DNA from: Octopus sinensis
Lineage: Eukaryota
DNA length: 64,000 bases
Assembly: GCF_006345805.1 (NCBI RefSeq)
Contig: NC_043024.1
Coordinates: 16,678,001-16,742,000, forward strand
Direction: 5' to 3'
Shown: piece after piece, positions 49,602 to 63,015 of the stretch
How positions within the stretch are numbered: the stretch's first letter is position 1
How the letters are laid out: every line of letters begins with the position of its first letter
Made by a program: the position numbers and the translations under genes
Notes under the pieces: generated by a model
Databases searched by the model: none
What the model was told of the DNA's origin: nothing
The model's input: only the letters and a program-made list of their open reading frames with translations

Positions 49602-50010
49602 GGCGCAGGAGTGGCTGTGTGGTAAGTAACCTACTTACCAACCACATGGTTCTGGGTTCAGTCCCACTGTGTGGCACCTTGGGCAAGTGTCTTCTACTAT
49701 AGCATTAGGCTGACCAAAGCCATGTGAGTGGATTTGGTAGACGGAAACTGAAAGAAGCCCGTCGTATATATGTTTATGTATATGTATGTGTGTATATGTT
49801 TGTATCTGTGTTTGTCTCTCCAACATTGCTTGACAGCTGATGCTGCTGTGTTTACGTCCCCGTAACTTAGTGGTTCGGCAAAAGAGAACGATAGAATAAG
49901 TACTAGGCTTACAAAGAATAAGTCCTGGGGTTGATTTGCTCAACTAAAGGTGGTGCTCCAGCATGGCCACAGTCAAATGACTAAAACAAGTAAAAGAGAG
50001 TAAAAGAGTA
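49602..50010 (+). mobile_element. tRNA-derived SINE, family A
   Basis: Matches 1967-2368. Confidence 0.85.
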
Positions 50011-50284
50011 AAAGGATATCCCAAAATACAACGATATCTGTTTCAACACACAACTTCACAGAAATGTTGCAACAGAAATACACATCTAATTCTATTGGTG
50101 TTAAAGCCTCAATACTTTACATTCCCATGGGTTCTCAACTTATGAGGGAGCTGTAGTGTTGCCATTGTGACATTTGGCATATTTTGGGCATTTTTACACC
50201 TGTTGCAGCCTACCTCTCTCCATGTCTGACCACAGTTAATTTCTTCCAGAAAGAGAGATACAGACAAAATGCTTCATCAATTAA

Positions 50285-50680
50285 TGTCTGCTTTCCATGC
50301 TAGCATGGGTTGGACGATTTGACTGAGGACTGGCGAACCAGATGGCTGCAACGTGTTCCAATCTGATCTGGCAGAGTTTCTACAGCTGGATGCCCTTCCT
50401 AATGCCAACCACTCCGAGAGTGTAGTGGGTGCTAGTCAGGTGGTACTGACAACGGCCACGCTCAAATGGAGTTTTTTTACATGCCACCTGCATAGGAGCC
50501 AGTCTGGCGGTACTGGGAACGACCTCGCTCGCATGTTTTTTCATGTGCCACTGGCACAAGTGCCAGTAAGGCAATGCTGGTAACGATCACGCTTCAATGG
50601 TGCTTTTTATGTGCCACCGGCATGGAAGCTAGTTAGCTGCTCTGGTAACGACCAACCATGCTTGGATGGTGCTCTTAGCC
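50285..50680 (-). mobile_element. Family C repeat with 3-4 decayed ~60-bp units
   Basis: Reverse complement of the 42636-43485 body and monomers. Confidence 0.7.
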
Positions 50681-50950
50681 ACTGGTATTTTATTTATTGA
50701 TTATGAAAGAATGAAAGACATAGTCTACCTCATTGGCATTTAAACTTGTAACTCAGAGAGGTAGAAAAAATTTTAGATGACAATCTAAAGACTCTGCCGT
50801 TTTGGTTTATTACGGCTGAATGGACAAAGTTAGATGGAGAAAATAACATCTGCTGGACAATCTACATGTAATGTCCACCCAAGACACATCACCAATGTTT
50901 ATATGTCGAATCTGTGACTGAATCTGTAAGATGAAGACTGGACTTTGTAG

Positions 50951-50985
50951 TTAATTCAGAACGAGCTCGTTAGCTTCCTCCTCTT
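50951..50985 (-). CDS. Candidate terminal coding exon of an unidentified gene
   Basis: Acceptor ttttttcttttccttcaattttgcAG; phase-1 frame EEEANELVLN* (phase 0 gives KRRKLTSSF*); AATAAA at 50806-50811. Confidence 0.3.
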
Positions 50986-52087
50986 CTGCAAAATTGAAGG
51001 AAAAGAAAAAATAAATCTTTTAATGTTGTCCTCTCTATTTCTAGCAAGTAAAGCAACTCCGTAAATTTTCCTGCCACAGTGATTATTTAGTAAATCTGAT
51101 CGATGATCAACGCTGGAAACTATTTAAACATGGAGAATTTTGTTTGAGAGAGAGAGAGAGAGAGAGAAAAAGAGATAAAGAAAACAAAACCAAAAGAAAG
51201 CAGGAAGCAGTAATCGATTTGCAAATAATATGCTTTTAAAATTCTTGATTAAATTCTCATTTAGATAAAAATAAATGGAGAAAACACTTATTTTAAGTAT
51301 AAAGCAGTTGTGAATCTCTCTTCTTTCATTATATGATAGCATGTTTGCACACAGCTAGACATTACACAGATACCAAAATATATCATAGCATGTTTACATA
51401 CAACATAGCAAGCACAGATATAAAAATATGTGTTAGCAGGTTCACATGCGACGTATACGGATAATAAAATATAATATAACATATTCATGCACAACTCGAC
51501 CTTCTCTGGCACCAAAATCTATTATAAAATGATTACACACATGCAAATACTAAAAATGCTGTCAGGTTGATTGGAAGACATTTAAATTAAATGAATGGGT
51601 ACAGCAGTGGTTATATGGTTATCTTAGTGCTAGGACATTTTATGTAACAATCATATAGTACTTAATTAAAAATAACCATCTGCTGTGGCTCTGGCAACAT
51701 TACCTAAGGGAGACAACTTCTGACATGTTTTAGAATTATGAAACCTTGTCAGTGAAACAGGCTCCATTGTGCTTAGCAAAGTTATTTATCTTTTATCTTT
51801 CATTAGTTTCAGTCAATAGACTGCAACCATGCTTGAGCACTGCTTTGAAGAAATTTTAGTCAAATGAATTGACCTCGGTACTTAATTTTGTTACGCCTGG
51901 TACTTATTTTATCAATATCTTTTGCTGCACTGCTGAGTTACAAGGATGTAAACATACCAACACTGGTTATCCAGTTGTGGTGGTAGTGGGACAGACACAG
52001 ACACAAAGACACGCACACAAACACAACAGGCTTCTTTCAGTTTCCATCTACCAAATCCACTCGCTTGTCTTTGGTTGTGTGTGTGTG

Positions 52088-52131
<44 letters not shown>

Positions 52132-54249
52132 ACCACCACCACTGCTTAACAACCAGTGTTGGTGTGTTTATGTCCCTGTAACTTAGTAATTTGGCAAAAG
52201 AAACGGATAAAATAAATACCAGGCTAAATAAAAAAATTCATCTCATGCAAATTGTTCAAGATGGTGCCCCAGCATGGCCACAGTCAAATAACTGAAACAA
52301 GTAAAAGATAAAAAAGAAAAGGATTTTATTTACTTCTCATTTCGTTTATATTTTATCTTTTTTCCAGAATATTCTTTACTGTGTTTCAACCGTTTCATTT
52401 AGTTAATTAACTTGGTCAAGCTAATGATCTTGGTTATTTATCATGGAGACGACAATGGTTGTTGGAGGTGGTCTTGTTAGCTTTAACTCCAGGACAAACC
52501 TGATTGAGCAAACTATGATCAGACATTCCTTCCATGACTGTCTTGTGTGTGACTGTATATCAAGGCTTACATTGTCCAATGTGTTCTTCCTTTTTTTGAG
52601 TTTTGCAGAAGATTTGGTTACTATCTCTAGCTGGTCATTCTACTGTATAGATCGTGACTTATTGGTTCTAAGTGATCTTGTTGTTTGACCCCCTGATTGA
52701 GGAGACTTATGATGAAGTGTATTCCAACCATGACTATCCATCCTCATAGTGATCTAATACTATTTTCGCTTAATTCCAATTCCATTCATTCGTTTTAATT
52801 ACAAAATTACAACTTCCAGCATTGGCAACAAGAGAATAAGGTATTTATTTTTTGCTGAGTGGGTCCCTTTTGAATGGTTAATATGACATTAGACTGTTGC
52901 CAAGGACCTGTTGTGAGATTCTTGTAACTGAAACAAGACAACAACAACACCAATAGTAATAATAATAATAATAATGATAATAATAATTAATAATAATAAT
53001 CCTTTCTACTATAGGCACAATGCCTGAAATTTGGTGGGAGGGGACTAGTCAATTACATCGACCCCAGTGCTCAACTGGTACTTATTTCTTCGACCCCGAA
53101 AGGATGGAAAGCAAAATTGACCTCAGCTGAATTTGAACTTAGAATGTAAAGACGGATGACATGTGCTGTTAAGCATTTTGCCCAGCATGCTTAATAATAA
53201 TCCTTTCTACTGTAGGCATGAGGCCTGGAATTTTGGTGGGAGGGTTAAGTCAATTACATTGACCCCAGTGCTTGACTGATACTTAATTTATTGATCCACG
53301 AAAGAATGAAAGGCAAAGTTGACATTAGAAGAATTTGAACTCAGAACGTAGTGACAGGTGAAATACCTCTAAGCATTTTGTCCAGCATGCTATCGATTCT
53401 GCCAGCTTGCCACTTTAATAATAATAATTATGATGATGATAATGATTTCAAATTTTGGCACAAGGCTGATAATTCAGGAGAGTGGGTGAGTCGATTACAT
53501 CTACTCCAGTTCTCAGCTGGTACTTATTTTATCAACCCTGAAAGGATGAAAGACCCACCCTAATCAGAACAACTCATATACTGAGGAAAATGTTGTCAAG
53601 CAATATCATCTCTCTAGTGACCTCTGTTTTGAGCCTAGAGAACAAGATGCAGAACAGGAAGCAAAATAATCGTTCCTAATGTAGGTACAAGGTCAACGAT
53701 TTTTAAAGGGAGTGGGGTAGTTGATTGCATTGATTCCTGTACCTGACTTGGTATTTTATTTTATGGACCATGGAGGTACTCGAGGCAAAGTTGATCTTGG
53801 CGAGATTTGAATTCAGAACTGAAACAACTGAAATAAATCCCTCAAGCTATTTTAACTGATGCTGTAATAACAGAAAAGACCCCTTGAAATATTTGTTCCA
53901 GCCCTTCAAGTTTTGAATTCAAATCTTACTGGAGTCAGCTTTGCCTTTCATTCTTCCAGGGGCCAGAGGACAAAAAGTAAAGTTGAATCAGCAAGATTTG
54001 GTCTCCAAACAGTTTGAAAGATTCTGATTTACAAAGGCTGGGGCTATTAATCTCTTTCTGTTTGGGTCATTAATTTGTTCAGAGATAACAGTTTCTGCTT
54101 GAGTTGACATCCTTCCAATTCCTCAACAGTTTGACCTTACACAATAAGTTCTCTCTGCATTGGTCACAGTTGACTGCAATCAGGTAACTCTCGACACATC
54201 ACAGAGCTCTTTTCAGGTTACTGAACACCAAACCAAAGTTCTTACAGTC

Positions 54250-54459
54250 AGAATTACAACTGTTGTTTCCTCCCCAACCCCTGTCAGTGTCATCTGGCAC
54301 CCTGACAGCTGCATCGTACGATTCTGTTTTATTTTGATGAGGACGGAGGCCCTTTCTTTGCTACAACGCCAAGACCCACAAGCCCCTATTGATGCCTCTC
54401 TTCTTACAGCATCCCCACTTTGCAATGACTTGTCATCACCTGACTTCCAATTAGTGTCA
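54250..54459 (-). other. Candidate exon (acceptor clear, donor ambiguous)
   Basis: Acceptor ttttctatatttattaattttgttcttcAG; open frame DTNWKSGDDKSLQSGDA...; several possible GT donors. Confidence 0.25.
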
Positions 54460-55199
54460 CTGAAGAACAAAATTAATAAATATAGAAAATAAAATGTAAA
54501 ATAATAAGAATCTACCATTACAAATTTGAATGTCTTCTCTTTAGCACTTTCACATTCTTTCTATCAAGAAAAAGAACAAAAATTTCTTAATGAAAAAAAA
54601 TAACATGAAAAACCCAAACAGAAGAAATCAATAACTGAGAAAGGAAAAAATGTAATGTGTGTGTGTGTGCATGTGAGTGTATGTATATATGGATATATGT
54701 GTATGTATGTGTATGCCTTATCTAAAATATATAAAATTAAGATTAAGGGAGAGAAAACCTAAATTACAGAAGTAAAATATATTCTGTAATTGTTGAGGAA
54801 TTCCTTAGCCTAAAAAATAAGTCCAGTAAGGTTTGGTTTAAAAAACCAAACCATCGTCAATCTACAGTTATGTTTGCTTTGATGAGATTACGTACTCTCT
54901 GCTCATTAAAGAAATAATTAGACTGCACTGAAGACTTAGTGAATGAAAGAGCATCTCTTTGTAATGATCTGATATAGTTTTAGATTAGAGCAGAGGATCA
55001 GAGATATCCGTTTTATTTTCTTTGTGGAAAGAGCACTGCAAACAGTCCGTGTTGTATGATAACAGTCTTTTTCGCAGTTGTGCCATCGTAACTGGGGATT
55101 AAAATAGAAAATGTTTTACATGCCATGGAAACAGGATAGATTTTGGACAAAGAAAATAAGAGAGAGAGATGTGTTCAGATCACTTCTTTCTGTGGTAGG

Positions 55200-55530
55200 A
55201 ATTTTAGTTCTCTAATATAAAACGAGGAGCCTGCAGGGAATTTGATAATAGTGGTGATTGTAATGATGATGATTGTAGTGATGGTATGATGAAGATGATA
55301 ATGAGAAGAAAGAGAATGGTAATTGTAGGGGATTCAAAGTTAACGGTACTGAGGATGATTATGATGATGATGATGATGATGATAATGACGATGATGATGA
55401 TATTATTATTATTATTATTATTAATATTATTATTATTATTTTCATTATTATCATCATTATTGTTGTTATTATTATTATTATTATTTTCATTATTATCATC
55501 ATTATTATTGTTATTATTATTATTATTATT
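55200..55530. repeat. (GAT)n/(ATT)n trinucleotide repeats
   Basis: Directly visible; similar tracts at 56200-56560 and 57190-57530. Confidence 0.9.
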
Positions 55531-57899
55531 TATTTCCACTGATGTCGACTTTACCTTTCATCCTTTCAGGGTCGATAAAAATACGTACCAGTTACGCAAT
55601 GGGGTCAATGTAATCAATTAGCCCCCTCCCCCAAAATTCCAGGCCTTGTGCCTTTAGTAGAAAGGATTATTATAATTATTATTATTTGAAGGTGGTGAAC
55701 AGGTAGAATTGTTAGCATGCCAGGCAAATTGCTTAGCGGTATTTTGCTATTGGTATGTTCTGAGTTCAAATTCCGCCAAGGTCAACTTTACCTTTCACTC
55801 TTTTGGGGTTGATAAATTAAGTACCAGTTGAGTATTGGGGTCGATGTAATTGACTAGCCCTCTCCCCAAAATTTCAGACCTTCTGCCTATAATAGAAAGG
55901 ATTATTATTATTATTATATGCTTAATATTATTATTCCAGGGTTATTTGGATTTTAAAATAAGCAATCATGCAGAGGTTTCCTAATGGGTTCCTTAATTAA
56001 GTAGCTCATATTCATCTTGTTGCTGCTGTTGTTGTTTAGCCCCGGATCTGACTTGATTAGGCAGACCTTTGATCAATCATATTCCACTTGTGACCATCCT
56101 GTCTGTTTCCTTCATACAGAGAACCCGGGATCACATTACTTGACATATCCTTTCCTAGGATGTTGGGATGTGATTTAAGGAGTATTTGGCTGCTCTTTCT
56201 GACAAGCTGAATGTCTGTGTTGAGGTTTTTCTGTTGTTGTTACTGTTGCTGCTGCTGCCACTGCTGCTGTTGTTGTTTGTTGTGGTGGTGGTCATGGTGG
56301 TTGTGGTTGTAGTGATGATGATAGTGATGATGATGATGATAATGGTTGATAAGTGATAGTAATAATGTTGATGATGATGTTGATGACAGTGATAAGGATG
56401 ACAGGGATGATGGTGATGATGATGATAGTGTTGTTGCTGATAATAATGACAATCTTGGTGGTGATGGTGATGGGGTTCATAATAAACATGGAAGAAATGA
56501 ATGCTGGACACCAATCTCTAATACAGTCAATTCTGAACTCTTGGAGGTCATTTTCCTGTAAAAAAGAAATAATTGTTTCTACTATAGGCACAAGGCTTCA
56601 AATTTGGGGGAAGGGAATAAGTCGATTACATCGCCTCCAGTGTGTAACTGGTACTTATTTAATCGACCCCGAAAGGAGGAAAGACAAAGTTGACCAAGGT
56701 GGAATTTGAACTTTGAATGTAAGGATGGATGAAATACTACTAAGCATTTCGCCCGGTGTGCTAACCATTCTGCCAGCTTACCGCCTTCTGTAAAGAAGAA
56801 ATAATAATGGTCAATGACAGCTAATCGCAGAAGCTCTGACTTTCTTCAGTTCATCACATTTCACAATAGAAAAGATTAACTTTGATTGGATGTATCTTTG
56901 AAAAGACGAAATATAAATCCTGGACACTCATTTGAATCCCATGAATAGGACAATTTATGGAGCCTGATCGTGTTGAAGGAGCTTTGTGGGGAAGAACAAA
57001 AAAAAACTTACATTTCACAAGTTAATGAGGATGTAAGCAGATGCAATTAGATTTAAAGCAATTAGATTTAATGAAGCAATTGGCCTTGCCATGGAAAAGG
57101 ACCACTGACAGAAGTGGATCGGTCAATGTTGTATGTACTTTTGTGTGTGGACTTAATGTGTTTAGAGAAATGAAAGAGGATGTTGAACAAGATGCGGGTG
57201 GTGATGGCAATGATGATGATGATGACAGTGTGGTTGTAATAGATAGTTTAATGATTGGGCCGGGGGTGGGGTGATGGTGGTGATATTGGTGATGTGTGAT
57301 GATTGTAATGTATAGTGGTCTTGCTGCTGGTGATGATGAGAATGTGGTGGGTGATTGCGATGACAATGATGGTGACAACAATGATGTTGGCTATGGCAGT
57401 CATAGTGGTAGGAATGGTAATTTTACAGATGATGATGATGATTGGGAAATTGAAGCAAAAGGTGCTGATAATGATGATGACATTGGTGATAACAACAACA
57501 ATGATGATGGTGATGGTGGTGTTTTATTTGTCACAGGGGCATCAGATGAGGGGAACATTACAAGGACAATTGACAAGTTGTTTTGGTGTTGTACATAAAA
57601 AAATGAAGGTAAGGAAGGGCGAGGTAGGGGAAACGAGATAAAAGAATACATGCTGTACAAAATATGGGAATAGATCTGTGATGCAGTCCTCTTGATTCCG
57701 GAGAACCTTCAACTAGAGCTTGTCAAGGAACCTCATGGATCCAGGACCACCCTGCACAAACAAGAGTACGAACCCTCACCCAGCTGTTCTTCTCCAATCT
57801 ACAGGTACATGCTTAGGATAGGTCCATTTACTCTAACCATTTTTTGCTAGTTGCCCACCTTTCCACTGATTCACTGGGAGAGACAGCCCTTTCCTTGCT

Positions 57900-58280
57900 A
57901 CTCTTTTACTTGTTTCAGTCATTTGACTGTGGCCATGCTGGAGCGCTGCCTTTTTTAGTCGAGCAAATTGACCCTAGGACTTATTCTTTGTAAGCCTAGT
58001 ACTTATTCTATCGGTCTCTTGCTGAACCACTAAGTTATGGGGATGTAAACACACCAACAACAGTTGTCAAGCGATGTTGGGGGGACAGACACAGACACAG
58101 ATACATGTATATATACATATATACGATGGGCTTCTTTCAGTTTCCGTCTACCAAATCAACTCACAAGGCTTTGGTCAGCCTGAGGCTATAGTAGAAGACA
58201 CTTGCCCAAGGTGCCATGCAGTGGGACTGAACCCGGGACCATGTGGTTCATAAGCAAGCTACTTACCAGACAGCCACTCC
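57900..58280 (-). mobile_element. tRNA-derived SINE, family A
   Basis: Reverse complement of 1967-2368. Confidence 0.85.
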
Positions 58281-59189
58281 TACTGTTACTTTCCGTTCCA
58301 AGTGGAACCAAGTGGAACTTAAAAAAAAGTCAATGAAGGGGATGACCAAAAGGGAATGTGTCTTTCCTGAAAACTTTCGACTTTGAACCTTACACATTTC
58401 CTGTTGTGTTTCCATAGCCACTAGACAGAGGAATGATGATGATGACTTTTATTAACCACAAAGGCAACAGGCGGGGGTCAAGTTTCAAAAGTATTTTTCA
58501 AAAACAATGGAAAGGGTTATGCAGGATTACAGATAAAGATTGGTCTGAAAAATAACTGTGGGAAAGGAGTGAAATGAGACATTCTAATGAGGCAACCATT
58601 TAGAGCCAATCATTGAAACTTAAGGAATCTATAATTACCCTGGCTTTCAAAAGTGATTGCCCTCTTCTTACTTAGTGGTGTAAAAAAAAAACGAGTAAAG
58701 TTATCTTCTTGAGTCCTGCTGACTCATAAGGGTCAGTTTCATGGTGTGAGTATTCCCCACCTGGATGGGATGCCAGTCTCTCACAGGATTAACTCATTTT
58801 TGCCAGCTGAGTGGACTGGAGTAATGTGAAATGAAGTGCTTTGCTCAAGAATGTAATTCAATGCCCAGTCTAGGAATATCTATGTGGTCATTCGGACTGC
58901 TAGAAATAGCAGAAAAAGTCATCTGAGTATGAGGAGTTATAGAGGAGATTACTCAGTTTCCATGGTGACTGAGTGACCAAGATCGCAACATTCTTCCCTG
59001 AATGGAACTCTGGTCCCTTGCAGGGTTACTTATTTTTGCCAACTGAGAGAACTGAAGCAACATGAAATAAAGTGTCTTGGGCAAGAATGCAATGCACTGC
59101 CCAGTCTAGGAATCAAACCCACAATCTTACGATCCTAAGTCCAACACCCCAACTACTGAACTGCATGCCTCCATGATTAGTGGTGTTTA

Positions 59190-59640
59190 ATGTAAATTTA
59201 GTGGAGACAACATTTCTGGCTCTGAGTGGAACTTGAAGGGGTCGATGAGGTCTTGACTGAAGAGGAAAGTTTCAGTCCTTAGACTCTTCGATATTGTCTG
59301 CCACACAATCTCTTTCACCAAAGCCACCAGACGGAGAACCACCATTTCTACCCAAAGGAAGAGGGTGGTACCATTTTCACGAAGGACTTGGCTGATAGTC
59401 AGATCTTGTGGGGACATATGTCTTACATACAAGAACAGTTATATTGTTCTGAGTACATCTTGAATAAGCTTGTCTGAATGTTACTTCTCATCTCATACCA
59501 GTAATGTCTACTCACTTCAGGAACACTGACAGACCAGGGATTTTTGTAAATTAGCCCCAGGATCCAAGTTGGGAGTCCTCCAGTCTAGACTCTTTGGTTG
59601 ATCTTAGTCAATGCTTCAAATCTTCTTGAGAGCGACAACA
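59190..59640 (-). pseudogene. Decayed L1/Tx1-type LINE 3' fragment
   Basis: LQKSLVCQC and VALVKEIVWQTISKSLRTETFLFSQDLIDPFKFH resemble remembered L1/Tx1 C-termini. Confidence 0.45.
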
Positions 59641-59989
59641 ACAACAACAATAATCCTTTCTACTAAAGGCACAAGGCCTTGGGTGGAAGGGGATTAGTTG
59701 ATTACATTGACCCCAGTGTTTCACTGGTACTTTATTTATCAACCCTGAAAGGATGAAAGACAAATTCAACCTTGGCAGAATTGGAACTCAGAACATAAAG
59801 ACAGATGAGATACTGCTAAGCATTTGGCCTGGCATGCTAACGATCATGCCAGCTTTCTATCTTAATGATAATAATAATAATAATAATAATAACGATGATA
59901 GTCTTTTTAGTATAGGCTCAAGACCTGAAAAAATGGTGGATGGGAATTGATGGTTTTATTGATGTTTGGTTAATATTTTGTCATCCCTA

Positions 59990-60430
59990 AGGCAGTGAGC
60001 TGGCAGAAATGTTGTCATGCCAGGCGAAATGCTTAGTGGTATTTCATCTGTTGTTACGTTCTGAGTTCAAATTCCGCTGAGGTCGATTTTACCTTTCATC
60101 CTTTTGGGGGTCGTTAAATTAAGTACCAGTTGCATACTGGGGTCGATCTAATCGACTGCCTCCCTCCCCCAAAATTTCGGACTTTGTGCCTAGATTATAA
60201 AAAAATATTTTATCATCTTTAAGGCTTGGCAGAAACATTAGCACACTGGGTGAAATATTTAGCAGTATTTCGTTTGTCTTTACGTTCTGAGTTCAAATTC
60301 CGCTGAGGTCAACTTTGCCTTTCGTCCTTTTGGGGGTTAATAAATTAAGTACTAGTTGCATACTGGGGTCGATCTAATCAACTGGCCCCTCCCCCAGACT
60401 TTCGAGCTTTGTGCCTAGAATAGAAAAGGA
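59990..60430 (+). mobile_element. Two tandem family B SINE copies
   Basis: Two consecutive head-to-tail matches. Confidence 0.8.
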
Positions 60431-62939
60431 TATTTTATCATCCCCTGAAGGATGAACATCATAGTGAACTAGAGGGGAATACTTCAAGGCATTTAACTGA
60501 TATTTTATCAACCCTATATAATTATAATGATGAAAACGGTTATGCCAGTCCTAACAATGGCTGTGGTTTTGGCAATGGTCGTTGTTGTCATGATGGTGTG
60601 GTGGTGATTGCGACCATGATGTTGGTAGCAATAGTATCTCTGCAAAGACATTAGCTATGATATTAATGATGCCAACAATCACCCAAAGATTTGATGCCGG
60701 GAGACCACATGATTGCCAAATAGACTTCATAACCTCACAGGTAAGCCTGTGTATTTGTGTGCACCATGGGGTGGGGGTAATTAATGTGGTGGCGATGTCT
60801 TCATGGGTGGACAGGTAGAGGGGCACTGTGATAAAGTATTTCAACCACACAATCCTTAAATGTTCGCAACTGACCTCAGTGAGGGGTGAGTTTGTATAGT
60901 GGGGACAAGTGTGGGCAGGATTCTCTAAAAATCCTACCACTGGTGTAAGGGTGAGAGTGTTCCATGAGGGGGAGGGAGTTATGATGGCGATCTTCTAAAT
61001 GGAAGTCTAAATTTTTCTAACAGTTGTTCTTGTGTTGATGTTTAGTTTTATGTTGGATTTGAAAGAGCAGACCTAGGCACTCTAGCCCTGACCACCCTGT
61101 CTTTTGCTCAGACGTTGCCTCTCTATTGCCTTATTTTTTTTCTTCAGTCAGTGCAGTGTGATTTTAAGTGGGGGATTTGGCTGCTATTTTTAGCATGTTG
61201 TATGACAACATAACAGTTCCTTCATTAGCTCAATGTTGTTGGTGTTTAGTCCCAGGTCAACTTGAGCTTAACAGACATTCCATCTGTGACTATCCCTTTT
61301 ACCACCTGAACATACATCCGCCTTCCTTTTTGAGATAAGGTGCATTGTTTGAGAAATGAGATTTGGCTGTTATATCTAGCAAGTTGAATGACTGGAATGT
61401 ACAGAGTATTTATCATTTGATTTGCAATGAAGCAGGGGGGGGGGCATCTTCTAAAATCAACTCCTACACTGGGTTTGTGGTGGGGGAGGGGTCAGGGCGA
61501 GCGGTATGCGCTGAGTGGTGGTGGTGGGAGTGGGGTGAAGTGGATAACAAGTGTAATGTTTATATGGGTGAGCGGAGGTGGGGGGGTGGATGCAAGTTCA
61601 GTGATCTTACTGAGAGGGTGAAAAGGCGGGAGAAAAAGGGAAGGGTTGGGTTGTGTAGTGGTGGTTGGGGTTTGGAGGAGGATGTTATTATCTGAAAGAT
61701 TCGTGAACCACATGAAAGAAAATGGGCTTAAATAGTGTGACACCTCTTGGCAACATTTACCACCACCACCACTGCTACTACCACCACCACCACTATTACT
61801 ACTATCACCACCGTTATTGCTCAACATCCCTTCTCTCTGGGAGCCTCTGTATTGTCAGTCAACATGTTAGAAATAGCAACCAAATCCCCTTCCGAACCAC
61901 ATCCTACCACCAGAAAAGGACAACTTACATAATATGGTTAAGTTCCCAACACAAAGGAAAAGATGGGATGGCCATATTTGGAATGCTTCCAGTCATAGAT
62001 CTGAGACTATCTTGTTATTTAGCCCTAGGTCAACCCATATTAAGCAAACTTAATGATCAAAGGAGTTCCAGCCATGGCGATTCCATTCTTTCTGTGTATT
62101 ATCCTGTAAAGCCAAATGTCACCATTTTGCTGTTTAAACCCAAGTTAGCCCTAGCTGAGTTAGACTATGATCCATGACAGTCTAGCCATGACCATCCTAT
62201 TAATTTGTGTGGCTGTGTGGTAAGAAGCTTGCTTCCCAACTGCATAGTTGCAGGTTCAGTCCCACTGCGTCTCACCTTGGGCAAATATCTTCTACTATAG
62301 CCTCAGGTCGACCAAAGCCTTGTGAGCAGATTTGGTAAATGAAAACTGAAAGAAGCCCTTCATATATATATATATATATATATAATATATATATATATAT
62401 TCTTTTACTTATTTCGGTCATTTGACTGTGGCCATGCTGGAGCATTGCCTTTAGTCGAACAGGAATTATTCTTTGTAAGCCTAGTACTTATTCTATCGGG
62501 CTCTTTTGCCAAACCACTAAGTTACAGAGACATAAACACACTAAAATCGGTTGTTATACGATGGTGGGGGGACAAACATACACGTATACGATGGGCTTCT
62601 TTCAGTTGTCCATCTACCAAATCCACTCACAAGGCTTTGGTCAGCCTGACGCTATAGTAGAAGACACTTGTCCAAGGTGTCACACAGTGGGACTGAACCT
62701 GGAACAATATGGTTGGGAAGCAAGCTTCTTACCACACAGTCACGCCTGCACCTATGTATATACAGAATATGAGGGTTTAGTTCACTCGTGTTCCAAACGA
62801 ATAGGTACTCTGGGTAAGTGCTGTAGTTGGTCGACCATTAGGTTCCAAGATCACAGCTAAGTCTGTATATATTCCTTATATACTGTGAATTTTATTCCTT
62901 GTAAACTGTAAATTTTCCCCGTCTAAATATTTATACTTT

Positions 62940-63015
62940 GTTTCTGATGATGGAATACCCAGTGCACAGACATGCTAACCAACCACTTGGGTAATCTCAG
63001 AAACGACTGTAAGAC
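62940..63015 (+). ncRNA. Type I hammerhead ribozyme (core intact)
   Basis: guuu-CUGAUGA-uggaauacccagug...cacuuggguaaucuca-GAAAC-gacu-GUA-agac. Confidence 0.75.

Noticed and set aside
50920-50975. ACGAGCTCGT palindrome resembling a hammerhead stem III
   Set aside because: No CUGANGA or GAAA core; better explained as codons AAC GAG CTC GTT of the candidate exon
54870-55015. ttgatga + ctctgctc/gagcagag + gatatccgt hammerhead-like shape
   Set aside because: GAAA box and stem I are absent
55204-57641. Poly-N/H/D/M ORFs
   Set aside because: Trinucleotide repeat translations with no domain context
60560-60960. 129-aa minus-strand ORF, faintly CR1-like
   Set aside because: Similarity too weak to assign without a search
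61430-61600. G-rich tract with G-quadruplex potential
   Set aside because: Such tracts are common; no supporting context
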